Source: Candidatus Binatia bacterium (GTDB lineage Bacteria; Desulfobacterota; Binatia; UBA9968). From it: a stretch of DNA of 36,770 bases. Below, in pieces: positions 36,715-36,770 of the stretch (positions are counted from its first letter, which is position 1; every line of letters begins with the position of its first letter). The stretch spans positions 1 through 36,770 of the forward strand of contig DASXSW010000252.1 in NCBI GenBank assembly GCA_036505755.1. The letters run 5' to 3'. The position numbers were made by a program, and so were the translations under genes. Below the pieces are notes generated by a model. It ran no database searches and was not told where the DNA came from. It worked only from the letters and a program-made list of their open reading frames with translations.

Positions 36715-36770
36715 CGGTCTGCTTGGGATGTAAGTGAAGGTCGAAGATAGAGAATCGATCTTCAATCCTC

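Noticed and set aside
1-36770. Window-wide search for CRISPR arrays, IS/transposase or integrase genes, toxin-antitoxin pairs, restriction-modification or other defence modules.
   Set aside because: Every substantial ORF is accounted for by a housekeeping or transport family. There are no spaced direct-repeat arrays, no terminal inverted repeats flanking a transposase-like ORF, and no small paired ORFs typical of TA systems.

Overview
By eye this is a moderately GC-rich bacterial chromosomal window made almost entirely of housekeeping genes. I found no mobile elements, CRISPR arrays, tRNA/rRNA genes or recognisable defence or toxin modules.

Left third (1-16.9 kb):
- a histidine-phosphatase-like gene, an APC permease, a YihY/BrkB membrane protein and an AsmA-family protein
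- a LivHMGF-type branched-chain amino-acid ABC importer with no adjacent binding protein
- a rhomboid protease, an EamA/DMT transporter and MgtE
- an FAD-linked oxidase, an M48 lipoprotein peptidase, a COG1579 coiled-coil/zinc-ribbon protein and an RNase HI

A type-A RNase P RNA (rnpB) starts 5 nt after the RNase HI stop codon.

From 17.5 kb to 35.1 kb there is a complete, same-strand, tightly packed dcw cluster: Pmra promoter plus MraZ-box repeats, then mraZ, a STAS-domain gene, rsmH, ftsL, ftsI, murE, murF, mraY, murD, ftsW, murG, murC, murB, ftsQ, ftsA, ftsZ. It is followed on the opposite strand by a disrupted pentapeptide-repeat ORF and ddl.

Nothing here looks like a large undescribed multi-gene system. 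The observations I consider worth a second look are:
1. the non-canonical STAS gene, preceded by an 11-codon micro-ORF, wedged between mraZ and rsmH
2. the COG1579 - RNase HI - rnpB arrangement
3. a unit of about 100 nt bounded by a promoter and an intrinsic terminator, upstream of that operon
4. a period-8 TGGAG / CCAA repeat pair forming an imperfect hairpin in the murC-murB spacer
5. the pentapeptide-repeat ORF interrupted by an in-frame TAA
6. a long uncharacterised leader upstream of mgtE
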